Source: Balanoglossus misakiensis
Lineage: Eukaryota; Animalia; Hemichordata
Length of the DNA: 64,000 bases
Assembly: GCA_040954595.2 (NCBI GenBank)
Contig: CM082596.2
Span: forward strand, 5,778,791 to 5,842,790
Reading direction: 5' to 3'
Shown here: positions 1-13,760 of the stretch, one piece after another
How positions within the stretch are numbered: the first letter of the stretch is position 1
Layout: each line of letters starts with the position of its first letter
The notes under the pieces: generated by a model
Seen by the model: the letters and a program-made list of their open reading frames with translations, nothing else
Database searches by the model: none
What the model was told of the DNA's origin: nothing
Translations under genes and position numbers: made by a program

Positions 1-160
1 TTATGTCGCCGCCACATGCTAGATGGAAAGACAGAATGACGTCTTAAGGATTTGTCTTCGTTTCACGTATGTTGCTTTCAATACGTGATAACAAATCCGG
101 ATAAAACCGTAATATTTTTGTTATACATCTGATTAATTTAATTTAGAAATCCTTACTTAC

Positions 161-964
161 AATCATATTGTATTCGAAAGTAGACTTGGTCATCAGTGAT
201 TGTGGGTGAATACAGTCGAATCCACATCACATTGTACGAAGCATATCCTATACCTATTGGTAATTGAGAAGTGCAGTCGGACTGGGTGTAATTTGCCATG
301 AGTGTGTCGGTAGCAGTTTCACCGTCTCGGATCTCGATATAACTGAAATCATAGCTTCCATTTCCTGCCAACAAATTGCATTTTATAAGCTTGGCTGTCA
401 CGTTGGAACCCTTAGTTGTGTGCACCGTCCAAATACACTCGTCTGTATCCACTCCAGTTGAGCCCTGGTATTCTATTGTGCCGTCTTTCCCGTGAACTTC
501 GCCTCCACATTCTGACCCTGTGGAAACGTGGGAATACCAGTTGTGAAGTTGAGGTTGTAAGGTATAATGTGTTGTCAGTATAAGATTATACAACCAATCA
601 GTCAGTCAGTCAGTCAGTCTATTAGTCAGTCAGTCGATCAGTCATTTTATCCAGGCTGTCGCATGTATAGGAGTAACATGTCAAACGTCTGTCTTTCTGT
701 CTTGAAATTTCATGAAAGTGAATTTTTCAGTCTATGAAGTTCACATCATTCGTTATTTGAGCTAAACGTCTTGTTGTCCAGTTTCAGCTAGACGATGTCA
801 ACATCATCCGTCAAAATAAAAAAAAAACGACACTCGAAGGTGACATGGTGTCATCCAATATCAATCTACAGCTTCGGCTGAAACCACGTACCTTTGCAAC
901 TGGCTATGCTCATCAACAAAGGAGCGACGGCGTAAAACACTGTAAGTGATGACATGACACCCAT
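161..964 (-). CDS. 5' part of a CUB-domain secreted/membrane protein (paralogue of the 2596-8840 gene); runs off the left edge
   Basis: Signal-peptide exon 964-892 (MGVMSSLTVFYAVAPLLMSIASCKG, GT donor) and phase-1 CUB exon 517-161 (GSECGGEVHGKDGTIEY...CIWTV...YIEIRDG...MWIRLYS), clearly similar to CUB exon 8223-7879. Confidence 0.85.
597..645. repeat. (CAGT)n microsatellite; a similar one at ~4945-5020
   Basis: Direct reading: cagtcagtcagtcagt... Confidence 0.85.
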
Positions 965-2595
965 CTCAATGACGAGTAACCAGAGGAGGAAATCGTCTGC
1001 ACATACATTATTTCCTGGTTCAATGTACACCCCGATATTTTTCACCCTTCACATGGAAACCCATAGACTGAATTGTTGTGTAAATATATAACTAAAATCG
1101 ATACTGCCATGCACTACCATAGACAAAAGAAGGTTTAGAGGTGGAACTTCCAATTTCAAGTCGTTGGGGTAGTGTAGATTAAATCAGTTTTATCAGTCGA
1201 TAAAATCAGACCAGCTACTCTACAAAACATCTACATAGTCTTTAAAATCAAATTTGTTAACATCAATCATCAACGTGTCGTCATTAATTGGTCTGCTGTT
1301 TAATCTATTAATGGAATCGAACTAGTACGCCGGCGCACGAAACCCACTGGTGTCAAACCCAAATATGGCGACTCAGATATCGTATTAACATAAATGTTGG
1401 CCAATAAACCAATAATATAAAACAACATTAATGTTTAACTTTTGAATTTTTGAACTTCCTTTTATCGCAAAAGGGGCAGAAATCAGTTATCTTGATAGTC
1501 TGTCGACCACACGAGATGTTTTATTTCTCATCTAAAGGTAACAAAAACCTTATGTACATTAAAATTGGGACGCTCGTTTATTCCAAAAATGACATTTGGG
1601 GTGTGTGAGAGAAAAATGACAATTCGAGATGACAGAAAATAAACACTATCATAGAAATCGATGATCCATCAAATCCAATGTTAGACGTGTTATTGTTATC
1701 TTGAGGGAGTGCTGTACTTTCAACGATTTTGGCCAAAATGTCAAATACATAAGATTCAGGTGTGTGTTCATCGCAGCCTGACACCAGCCACAGGTGATGT
1801 CATGGTTGTCATCTGACTCATCGTGAAAGAATGCAGAAATTATCACTCAGATATACCGTACTGATAACCCTTCTGACCTCGTACCATCCTGTCTTTGAAC
1901 GACCATCATCCCACACACGATATTCATCCAAATGTGGTATGCGAGGTATTTCTACCTTATACACTATCAATCAGCGAATTCAATCTTTGCTCGATATACT
2001 GAAGCAACTGATGGAATAGTTCATACTCGTTAAGATCTGATTGTGATTGTCTTGGTCATGATTATAAATACATACACATAGTGCGCTAAGATTACATCAG
2101 AAAACATTTCAATGTAGACTTCATTATACCGCATGAATATAATTTCAAATTGAATCAAGTTCTGCATACTAGTATATTGTATACAAACGTCATCGGCGTG
2201 AACAAGTTAATCGTAAGTTCTTCATATCATAGATGAAATGTAAATATCCGTGTAAAAATAATGTTATCGAATCTGAAAACTTGGCATTTGCATTGCTTTT
2301 GTGGTCGCAGCGAAAGTTTGGCTGTAGACCTGTCTCATTCATTTAATCACCATCAATGGAAAACAACAAAAATATGTTGTTATTTGATTGGGAATTTATT
2401 GTAAATGTAAAATGTTGTGCGACTTAAAACTTATTTCATCTAAGCTGCTGAAGCTAAGTAGTAGTATCGATATAACCTATAGCTTTTAATTTGACGCTGT
2501 GACAGTTTTCTCTGACTGTATATTATACAAAACAGACTGCAACTTGGTTGAATTCTACTGATATGGGCAGATATGTTCATTACACGTGTGTCGAT

Positions 2596-5500
2596 TCATT
2601 TGAAACTGGTCGGTTCGTAGGCAATGTTGTCATGGAAACCCGACTCCTCGACACCGTCTCCGATTGTTGAGTAATACACGTCACTTTCTTCGCAATCTGG
2701 TGTGCGAGAGCTGTCTGGATTTCGACCGCCATCGTCCGCACCCTCGTATAGAATGTTCTCCTTGGACTTGAATTCTGATTCTGGATTTATGTCATCCCCA
2801 CGTTCATGGGTATCGGTGTCTGTATCTTCATACAGAACGTTCTCCGTGAATTGGGGTCCAGAATTCTGGAGTTCACGGGCACCGTCGTCTGTATCTTCGT
2901 AGAGAACGTTCTCCGTGAATTGAGGCCCAGAATTCAGATGCTCATCGTTGTCTGCATCTTCATACAGAACGTTCTCCGTGAACCGAACGGCAGATTTGGG
3001 ATGAGCATCGCCATCGCCAATATCGTTGTAAACGACGCCTTCGACAGAGGATGAACCGCGCGGTATGTTACCCTGCTCCGGGTCGTGACTTGCTTCGTAC
3101 AAAATGTTATCTGTAAACGTGACCCCTGGTTGATGTGTGCTGTTGTTGTAATTCCCGTGATGTGCACCATTATCAGTAAATCCGGTTTTGGAAGCGCCTA
3201 CATCCGGGAGTTGGGCGACACCAGATTCGGCATAGTCGTACGCCAGATCACCATCCGCCACTGCACTTTGGATGGGCAAATTGTCAGCAACGACACCACT
3301 GTGTGTGTTTTGCTTCTGTTGGGGACTTGCTTGCGGCCGGTGTCCATGGTAACCGCCAACCTCCGCGTAAGCGTGTGCATCTTGTGCGTCGTCGACCTCA
3401 TCAGCGCCTTCGTAGATTTCGTTGTTTTTGAACCCGACATCATGCTGTTTTCCCGGTGGATTGTTACTGTTCACTCCGTGGTTAGTTTTAGGGTCGACTG
3501 CGTACGCGCATTTCTCTCGCCCATCCTCGGACTTATCATTGATAACATAACGAGAATCTCGTGCATCGACGTCATCAGTCGAGCTTTCGCCACCGATGAC
3601 GTAATCAGCATTTCCGAAAGAGAAGGAATTTGATGCATGATCATGAACTGGGAGCTGTGTATGAGGGTTTAGGTTGTTTTTGGTGTTGTTGAGATTCGCA
3701 CTTTTCGTTCCAAATTCGGAACCACTTTTCCCGATATTGTTAAGTTCATTTTGCACGTTGTTGGCATCGGGTTTATCTCTCTTGCTGCTTGAAAGAAAGA
3801 AAGAAAGAAAGAAAGAAGAAGAAGGAGAGAGAGAGAGAGAGTGAGAGAGAGAAGAAAAATTGTGAATCAAAGATGTATGGCTGAATGATCACTGTGACGC
3901 AATCTCTCTATTAGTAACACATATAATGGATTGCGGTATTAAAAAGACACCTATCTGTCTACCAATATACATGTACATGGTATTAGAGGTCGTTGGGAAC
4001 AGAAATCTCTTTGTCACACCGAAATATAATAGGCTTGTTTGTTGTATTGGTGGTGATGATAATTAACATTTACCTTCTCCGAAGTAAAAGTATGACTATT
4101 CCAATACTGACCACAATAATTACCAACGCCAACAAACTTATGGCAATGATAGCTGAGAATATGAAAATATGAAAAGAAGAAAAACGCATTTATTCAAGGA
4201 GTATGATCCATATGATACACTAGAATACAAATAATTTCGTGAGAATGTCAGTCATACTCATCCACTGTTGTGTGTATTGGATTTCCATTTTTTCCTTCAG
4301 AAAATGCCCAGTACTCAGTATACGTAGTTTTGCCCTTGAAAATTCAAATGTTATAGAGCAGTTGTACAGATGAACCACATATGTTTTAGTGACCTCTAAA
4401 TAGTGGGCATTTTTATAGTACTGTACATCCCGGTGAAGTCAATGCATGTGTATATAAATTGACATACATGTATATATAAAGGCCACCTGTCTATAAAGAA
4501 ATGTTCTGCCTTACCTATGATAGTATCACTGTTGCTGTCTGTAACAAAAGACAAACATGAAAATAGATAACAACGTCAACGAAAAGAAAGGTGCTACCTG
4601 GGCAAATGAAGTTTCAGAAGTTTCAGAAATCGCAACCAACTGACATAGTGATGACGTCTTACCAGAAGGCACACAAATGGGTCGTTCACTCCACTCTCCG
4701 TTGGCCTGACAGACAACATAGGTCACATTACTTTCAAAGTAATACCCGTCATGACAATCGTAGACCACAATGTCTTCATAGAGGTACGAGTCGCCAGACT
4801 TCTCGGCATCTTCTACGTCATCAGGTTCACCACAGTTAACGGCTGCTCAGAACGAAAATGATCGTTTAAATTGCAGTATGCATATTGCCAAACTGACGTC
4901 ACCCAAACCCACCATTCCCTTATTAAACGGCATATGTTATTCAGTTTGTTAGTTAGTTAGTGACTCAGTCATTGAGTCAGTCAGTCGCAGTCAGTCAGTT
5001 AGTCAGCCAGTCAGTCAGTTTAATACAAAGAAAGGGTTAACTCTACTTCGGGAGTGGAACAAAACAGACAGGCCCAACACAGTATAAAATTAAATTGAAT
5101 TGATGAATTGAATTAAGTTGAAAACCTACGTATGCACTCAGGCACATCTCCACTCCAAAGTCCACTGGAAAGACAAGTTATTGTCTCAGTTCCGTTCAAA
5201 GAGTATCCTTCCTGACACTTGTAGGTCACATTGCTACCATAGGTGAAGTCATCACCATTTGATTCGCCGTTTTCTGGCTGACCTGGGTCACCGCATGTTA
5301 CAGCTGTTGAAACAAAAGAGTGTCAATCATACAAATTACATGTATGTGAATTGTGATATGAAGGTGTATATTATTGTATCTCCACTGACAGCTGCATATT
5401 TTCACGAACTTCAACGTTAGAACAAGAAGGTAATAAGTGTTAAAGAAACGCCCTTTTGAAACTTAAATTGAAAACCTACGTATGCACTCAGGCACATCTC

Positions 5501-8500
5501 CACTCCAAAGTCCACTGGAAAGACAGGTTATTGTCTCAGTTCCGTTCAAAGAGTATCCTTCGTGACACTTGTAGGTCACATTGCTACCATATGTGTAATC
5601 ATCACCATCTGATTCGCCGTTGTCTGGTTGGCCTGGGTCACCACATGATATTGCTATGGGAATATTAAGTGTAAATGTTTGTGACTTGAGGCGATTCATT
5701 TATGCAATTTCATGCTACCATGGACGTCCAAAAAGCCGTAGCGAAACACGACAAATACCCGAAGAAACATATATTCATATGTAAATTATCTTACGGAGGC
5801 ATTCTGGGATACTATCACTCCAGTTTCCATCTTCTCCACAAGTGGCGTTCGTAAAGTTTGTTGACATTTCATACCCATCATGACATATAAGCATAATTTC
5901 GTCACCAGGTTGGTAGACAACTTCTTCTGGAAACAGATCACCATTACTGACATTTTCCGGTGCATAACACACAATTAATGCAGCTGTAATTGGGGACACA
6001 TAATTATGAGATGAAACTACTTCCATATCTGTTCAGCATTAATGTAAACCATAATGAATGCTTTCAACAGTTTGGGATAAAATAAAGCCGTCCACTGATT
6101 ATTGTACAGATAGTGTATTCAGTTATTCTCACAAAAGACGAAGAGTAGAAATAGGGAAAATGATTTTATTACCTTGAAATTCTACACAGTAACTTCCATT
6201 GCTGGTGTCGTTTGTGTCTCCGGAATAAAGAATTATTATAGAAACATTTGATGTTGTTTCCAAGACTTCTGGATTATCAGCCGATTGATAGGCAGCAAGA
6301 ACGGAACCATCTTTATCATAGACAGTCACGTTGTCTCTCCTTCTTAATGTAAATTCTGTAAATTCTAACTCCATGATGGTTCCTTCCGGTGTTGTTATCG
6401 TAGTGGTATACATAATGTTTGCCGGATACGCAAGCGGATAATAAGGTGACAGTATTGTACCATTATAACCTGAAACCTCTTGACTTGTTGAGAGTTCCGC
6501 TGAGAGAAAAGGGTTAAAACAGATTAGGAGATTGTGTATGTAAAAGGACTACTTGTCAATAATGGTTTGTTCCTGTGCAGAATTTGAAGTTCAAACAATC
6601 CTGAGTACTTATACGTGCTCAAGATTTAAACTTCGATAAAACAGACTAATTTAAATGTGTTTTCTTTTTACACACGAATATTCAGAGAGCGGACTGCAAA
6701 GACAAACCTTGAAATTGAAGTTCAAATGTGCCCGCACTGCCGGCTTTCACTGTCTTCAACTGTACCACCATTTTGTTTCCTGTTGTATTAAAGTGTTCAT
6801 CTTGTCCCTCCGACCCACGATACACTTTGAGTGGCTTCTCGCTGTCTCCGTCAAAGATATAGACAACATCCGACGTGCCAAGGTTAAGTTTGATAAACCG
6901 CCCAAGAACGGCAGTTCCACTTGGACAGTATACATTCCAGGTGTACGTATCACCCGTTTTTGGATATGCGTTTGCCGGATATCCTGGTGAATAAATGAAA
7001 CCCTTTTCTCCGTAGATATCACCACCATTGCCACCAACAGCTGTTAAGAGGAAAACATAGTATACCATACGAAAGTCGCTGAAACACATTCTTTAAAATA
7101 CACCACTACTTGCGTAAAGTCTTAAATTTACCCTCGTTTACTCCAAATATTATCACCACTGCAATCGATAGCAAAAACATGTGCCTAATTTGTTATGTCA
7201 AATAAACCCTTTTAACACATAGGAACAGAAGTAGTTCGGTAGTGACTATAAAACCATATTCTCTCATTGTTTCAGCAACACTGTGTGCAGTTGTTTTGAC
7301 AACTTTGCCAGCAAGTGTTGAATGCTAGGATATTGCACTGTTGATATTGATCAACCAAAACAAACTTACCTTGAAATTCTATATTAAATCCATACATATC
7401 GTTGTCGTTTAGTGCAGGTTTGTCATTGCTGTGTAATTTTATCCACATTGCATTCGACACTGTATCATCTATGTCTTCGGATACAGGATTGTCTTGATTG
7501 GTGAATTGTCCTATATCTGCAGTTCCCTCGCTGATGTCATTTCCCATTTCAACAAAATCGTCATCATGTCTCAAGTTGAAATCTTTGAAGCTGGATTCGA
7601 TGACAGTTCCTTGAGGAGTTGTTAGCGTCCAAGTACACTCACCGCCTCTTACGTATGATTCAGGAAAAAAGGGTGACGACACTCTGCCTTCCATTGCATT
7701 AATTTCACCACCACACGCTGAAGAGATCAGAATAAAATATTAACGTTGTCTTATTGGGAAGTTAGATGTAACTGCCATATACAGTTGTATGTGCATTTTT
7801 ATGTGGGTCTCCTGAAGGTAGGTGAATATTTTAGTGTTTGCATGCAAATTTACAGACAGGTACATACAGCGAACTTACCACTATAATTCAATGTGAAGGA
7901 TTCACCGTTATTGCCGTTAAGACCAGGGGAATATAGCTGTACCCATATCTTGTTTGCTGTCGCATACTTTACGTCTTTTGGCAGACTCGAACAATTAGTT
8001 TGAGTAAATTTGCCTAAACTATCTCCAGTGGAATCGCCATCTCGGATCTCTATGTAGCTGTCAGAGAACGGACCAGGTAGCTTGCATTTAAGTAGTTTTG
8101 AGGTAACCGTTGATTTTTCAGTAGTGGTAATTGTCCAAACACATTCCTTAGTTTGAGGCGGAAAAGATCCCGTGAAACTAATTGTTCCATTGTGACCATA
8201 CACATCATCTCCACAATCGCTACCTGGCGAAATGAATGGAATAGAAATGTATGAAAGGTTGTTCATTTATCAATAATTATTATTAGTGAAATGGACAAAA
8301 TAATTAAAGAGAGTTTCATTCAGCACGGGAGGGTCTTGTAGGAGGGTTGAGGGGTCGGCCGGACATTCAAAATGCGACCACCATATGGCAAGTTACTAAA
8401 ATGTGACCACATTAACATGGTCCACGGTACATTTGGGTATAGCTAACCGCACCCAGTCAGAATTAGATTATGGAAAATTTACCCAAATCTTTTCTACAAA

Positions 8501-8840
8501 CGTCTACAATGCGAAGACAATCGGCAAATTTATAAGAGAATAAATAGTAAGGTAACACATAGGCCTAACATATCATTATGGATAAACGGTTCACAGTTTA
8601 ATTTCTAAGACTCACACAGGCTCAGGTGTAACTTGTACAAATGGTTTGGTTTCAAAGTTGCTTTGGACAAATTTGCTATCTTGTGTTGTGGTCTGGGCAT
8701 TTTGGCTTATACTGATAAATCAGTGCTATCGCTAATTTGAAGTTAGCCTCACCTTGACAACCTGATACACTCAGTATCAGGATGAAAACTGCAACGGCGA
8801 CGCCACCAGTGGACGCAGAGTCTGCCTTCTTCAACGACAT
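2596..8840 (-). CDS. Type I membrane protein: signal peptide, 4 CUB, 4 sushi/CCP, TM, ~395-aa acidic tyrosine-motif cytoplasmic tail
   Basis: Exons with GT/AG sites in consistent phase: 8840-8753 (MSLKKADSASTGGVAVAVFILILSVSGCQG); CUB 8223-7879, 7717-7370, 7040-6708, 6499-6173; sushi 5983-5795, 5653-5480, 5303-5130, 4842-4663; micro-exon 4538-4515; TM 4152-4074 (IIAISLLALVIIVVSIGIVILLLRR); last exon ~3787-2596. Confidence 0.9.
3790..3852. repeat. (GAAA)n/(GA)n microsatellite forming the polypyrimidine tract of the last intron
   Basis: Direct reading. Confidence 0.85.
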
Positions 8841-10819
8841 CACGATCTGTTTCTGGGTTTAGGGTTCGAGCAGCTGACGTTATGTTGATTAGGGCCTATC
8901 TACTTTAAAACAAAACTATCACGGTGATTTTGGTCCTTCACCTTGATCACCTCCAGGTCTCAACAAAAGAACCGAGAGGATTTCGAGTCAAAATGCGCAA
9001 TAGCTTGCGATGAAATCCCGGGTGGGCTACATGCGTTTAATCTGAAATGAGACAGAGGAACTCGAACTATGGTAGAAGGACGGTGGCACATGATCAAATA
9101 TTGGCCATGAATAATGGGATAACATGTCACAAATATGTAACGAATTAATCACGCTTATAAAGGAGTGATTTTTGACCTGTACATGTTTGCGTATCCCAAG
9201 TATCTGAAACACATATCTGTTATTTAAAGAAATACAGTCACATCTAATTTGCATGTGCCCATGAACTGGTCATTGGAAAAAAAAAACATTGTACTCCACA
9301 AATGGATTAATTGTCTGTTATATAGTGACACCTCTGGGACCAGAAACCCTGTCTTTAATATAGAGAGGTGTCCTTAATATATATATATCCACCTGATTTT
9401 GCAGGTATCATTCATTTCCGGTGAAAGAGGGCGCATTTCAATATGGCGGCGGCCATCGGCATATCACCTGTGAGACCGAAATATGATTTCAAGGAGGTTC
9501 CCTGCCGAAATTTACACGCCTTGGCTTAGCGAAGATGACATGGAAAAGGTTTTTAACACAGTCCATCCATTTTGTGTGTTGGCGACTGACAACAACTTGT
9601 TATATCGCGCGTTTGCCTAATGACGAACATTGGTGGAGCCAGGGACATGATATGCCAAGACCCGTGAATGTGCAGCAGCCTGCAGTCAAACCATTACGAG
9701 CGGTGGACTTTGAATTCGCGGGAAATATACAGGGTAAGTTCTATTTGCGTGTATTTATGATATCATAGCATGACAAAGTGGGTAACTACGTTCACCATTG
9801 CCATGTGTTTGTCAGAGTATGCATGGCGTTACTGTCTGGATTGATGGCTTTGGCAGGACTCGTTAAACACGTAAGGTAGTAAATTTGATAGAGCTGTTTT
9901 CTATATTTGTATATACTTGATAGCTTCAATCAAAATAAGTAATTATTTGTAATTTGTAGTACAAGGAGATGGCTACTTGTTAATCACAAAACCTATTGGT
10001 GAATAATTAATAGAAATTTCCAAATAAAATAAATGGTTTCCAAAACACAACTGATAATACTTTTGTGAAAACAACTGGGGCCAAAGAAAGTTGAAATGAG
10101 CCTGATAAAACCATAACATATTCCAAAATGATATAAGAATGTTCTAAAGGCTAAACAACAAAAGTTACAGCCTAATCCACAGAAATAGTGTTTTGAGCGA
10201 AGGAACAGTAGTTATAATATTTGATATTTTCAGTGTTTGTATTCTTTGGTTTCTTGTGCCAGTCACTGAATACTGGCTACATCAACAAGTTGTAGAGACA
10301 AGAACAAGAAACTCCAATCTGTAAAGAGAATAAAAATACTACCCATTTCCTCAACATTCTTTTGACCCTTGAATATAACCTATGTTTATTTCAGATGGAC
10401 ATAAGCATGTGAAAATGTATTGCACAGTTTGTGTTTGTCGTTTTTGTTTCTCGAGCACTTAAATCAAGCACACTGACACTTGGCATTTGATTTTGAACCT
10501 ACAGGTCAGATCTCCAAACGTGAAGAGACAGAAAATGCCAGCAGAGATGATTTGGACAAGTTGGTTCAAGAAGACCAAAAGAGAATGGCAGTTGAAACCA
10601 AGTTTGTCTTTGTAGAATTTTGTTGTTGTAAATTTTACTCCAAGAACATTCACGTAAATTTGTGCGATGTGTTATAAGTAGATGGAGAAATGTACCCCTG
10701 GAAAATTTCCTAAATTTCATAGAGAAAATTTAACCTTAGCAAGTTGGTTCAGTCACTCACGCTACCATGAATTGTGGATTTGTTTGTTGATCATTTATTC
10801 TGACTACTCCTTGATAGGA

Positions 10820-13165
10820 ATTTTGGTCACCTTCAGCATTTTCATGTTATGTGCATTGATTCTACCTTGTACACACTGAGATATTGACCAATTCTTGAGT
10901 TTGTGAATTTTGGTCACCTTAATCATTTTCATGTCATGGATTCTACCTCATACATGCTCAAATAATGACCAATTCTTGAGTTTGTGAATTTTGGTCACCT
11001 TCAGCATTTTCATGTCATATTCATTGATTATAGCTCATACATGCTCAAATAATGACCAATTCTTGACTTTGTGAATTTTGGTCACCTTCAGCATTTTCAT
11101 GTCATATGCAGGGATTATAGCTCATACATGCTCAAATAATGACCAATTCTTGACTTTGTGAATTTTGGTCACCTTCATCATTTTCATGTCATATGCAGGG
11201 ATTATAGCTCATACATGCTCAAATAATGACCAATTCTTGACTTTGTGAATTTTGGTCACCTTCATCATTTTCATGTCATATGCAGGGATTATAGCTCATA
11301 CATGCTCAAATAATGACCAATTCTTGACTTTGTGAATTTTGGTCGCCTTTAGCATTTTCATGTCATATGCAGGGATTATAGCTCATAGACACTCAAATAA
11401 TGACCAATTCTGGACTTTGTGAATTTTGGTCACCTTCAGCATTTTCATGTCATATGCAGGGATTATAGCTCATAGACACTCAAATAATGACCAATTCTTG
11501 AGTTTGTGAATTTTGGTCACCTTCAGCATTTTCATGTCATATGCAGGGATTATAGCTCATACACACTCAAATAATGACCAATTCTTGACTTTGTGAATTT
11601 TGGTCGCCTTCATCATTTTCATGTCATATGCAGGGATTATAGCTCATACTCACTCAAATAATGACCAATTCTTGACTTTGTGAATTTTGGTCACCTTCAT
11701 CATTTTCATGTCATATGCAGGGATTATAGCTCATACATGCTCAAATAATGACCAATTCTTGACTTTGTGAATTTTGGTCGCCTTTAGCATTTTCATGTCA
11801 TATGCAGGGATTATAGCTCATAGACACTCAAATAATGACCAATTCTTGAGTTTGTGAATTTTGGTCACCTTCAGCATTTTCATGTCATATGCAGGGATTA
11901 TAGCTCATAGACACTCAAATAATGACCAATTCTTGAGTTTGTGAATTTTGGTCACCTTCAGCATTTTCATGTCATATGCAGGGATTATAGCTCATACACA
12001 CTCAAATAATGACCAATTCTTGACTTTGTGAATTTTGGTCGCCTTCATCATTTTCATGTCATATGCAGGGATTATAGCTCATACATGCTCAAATAATGAC
12101 CAATTCTTGAGTTTGTGAATTTTGGTCACCTTCATCATTTTCATGTCATATGCAGGGATTATAGCTCATACTCACTCAAATAATGACCAATTCTTGACTT
12201 TGTGAATTTTGGTCACCTTCATCATTTTCATGTCATATGCAGGGATTATAGCTCATACATGCTCAAATAATGACCAATTCTTGACTTTGTGAATTTTGGT
12301 CGCCTTCATCATTTTCATGTCATATGCAGGGATTATAGCTCATACTCACTCAAATAATGACCAATTCTTGACTTTGTGAATTTTGGTCACCTTCATCATT
12401 TTCATGTCATATGCAGGGATTATAGCTCATACATGCTCAAATAATGACCAATTCTTGACTTTGTGAATTTTGGTCGCCTTTAGCATTTTCATGTCATATG
12501 CAGGGATTATAGCTCATAGACACTCAAATAATGACCAATTCTTGAGTTTGTGAATTTTGGTCACCTTCAGCATTTTCATGTCATATGCAGGGATTATAGC
12601 TCATAGACACTCAAATAATGACCAATTCTTGACTTTGTGAATTTTGGTCACCTTCATCATTTTCATGTCATATACAGGGATTATAGCTCATACACACTCA
12701 AATAATGACCAATTCTTGACTTTGTGAATTTTGGTCACCTTCTTGACTTTGTGAATTTTTGTCACCTTCATCATTTTCATGTCATATGCAGGGATTATAG
12801 CTCATACATGCTCAAATAATGACCAATTCTTGACTTTGTGAATTTTGGTCACCTTCATCATTTTCATGTCATATGCAGGGATTATAGCTCATACATGCTC
12901 AAATAATGACCAATTCTTGACTTTGTGAATTTTCGTCACCTTCATCATTTTCATGTCATATGCAGGGATTATAGCTCATACATGCTCAAATAATGACCAA
13001 TTCTTGACTTTGTGAATTTTGGTCATCTTCAGCATTTTCATGCCGTGTGCATCAATTCTACCTTGTACACGCTGAGATATTGACCACTTCTTTACTTTGT
13101 GAACTTTGGTCACCTTCTTGACTTTGTGAATTTTGGTCACCTTCAGCATTTTCATGTCATATTCA
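10820..13165 (+). repeat. 87-bp tandem array, ~27 copies (left arm)
   Basis: Unit GGTCACCTTCATCATTTTCATGTCATATGCAGGGATTATAGCTCATACATGCTCAAATAATGACCAATTCTTGACTTTGTGAATTTT; period checked at 11081/11168. Confidence 0.97.
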
Positions 13166-13760
13166 TGGAGTATAGATCAAATACTCTCATATATACCGGT
13201 AATGCATGTAAACTTTTGGTCGTGAGCGAACTTAAGTGAAAGACTACAACAAGACTAGTAAAAAGTGTAAAATCTTTACCAAATCCGGTATTCATCATTG
13301 TGGATGGAAGAGAATAAGCTGAGAATATTCTCAAGCTTCAAGATCTGGCTTGTCAAAAAGCAAAGTGAGTACAAATTTTATCACCATTTTCATTGAAGGA
13401 AGCAAGAGAAAGTTGGAGTTTAGGCTTGCAAGGTCTAGATCAAAATTATTGAAGAGGCAAAAGGGAAAGCAGTTTCTGCTTTGTGTCGTAGAGGGCGTGT
13501 GTTGAATTGTGTCAACCGTTCCTTGAGCAGGTTTTAGTGCGCTGAAGCTCGCAATAGAATTGTTTGTGCAATCTACTTAATTAACATGTCGTAGAAAGAC
13601 TGTTTCGGATCAAAACAACCGTTCATTGAATAATATAAACCGTTTATTGAATAATATAAGCGTTCAACAGAAATTATGCTTGTTCAACGTGTTGTAGATA
13701 GTCTTCAAAACGTGTCCAAACAAATCGCTAAGTACAAATGAAGAACGTCACAACTTTAAA
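13165..13760 (+). pseudogene. Decayed intronless ORF of unknown function inside the foldback element
   Basis: From ATG 13165: MEYRSNTLIYTGNACKLLVVSELK*KTTTRLVKSVKSLPNPVFIIVDGRE*AENILKLQDLACQKAK*VQILSPFSLKEARESWSLGLQGLD, frameshift, KIIEEAKGKAVSALCRRGRVLNCVNRSLSRF*... Protein-like composition with isolated stops; no homology recognised. Confidence 0.4.

Noticed and set aside
2702-3633. Antisense and alternate-frame ORFs over the receptor tail (likewise 35419-35880, 41431-42085, 50856-51314)
   Set aside because: Shadows of real GC-rich coding exons with no independent signals.
10820-13165. 87-bp unit (29 codons) as a coding repeat or nuclear-receptor response array
   Set aside because: No long ORF over the array in the track, and the TGACCA/TGACTT half-sites are imperfect.
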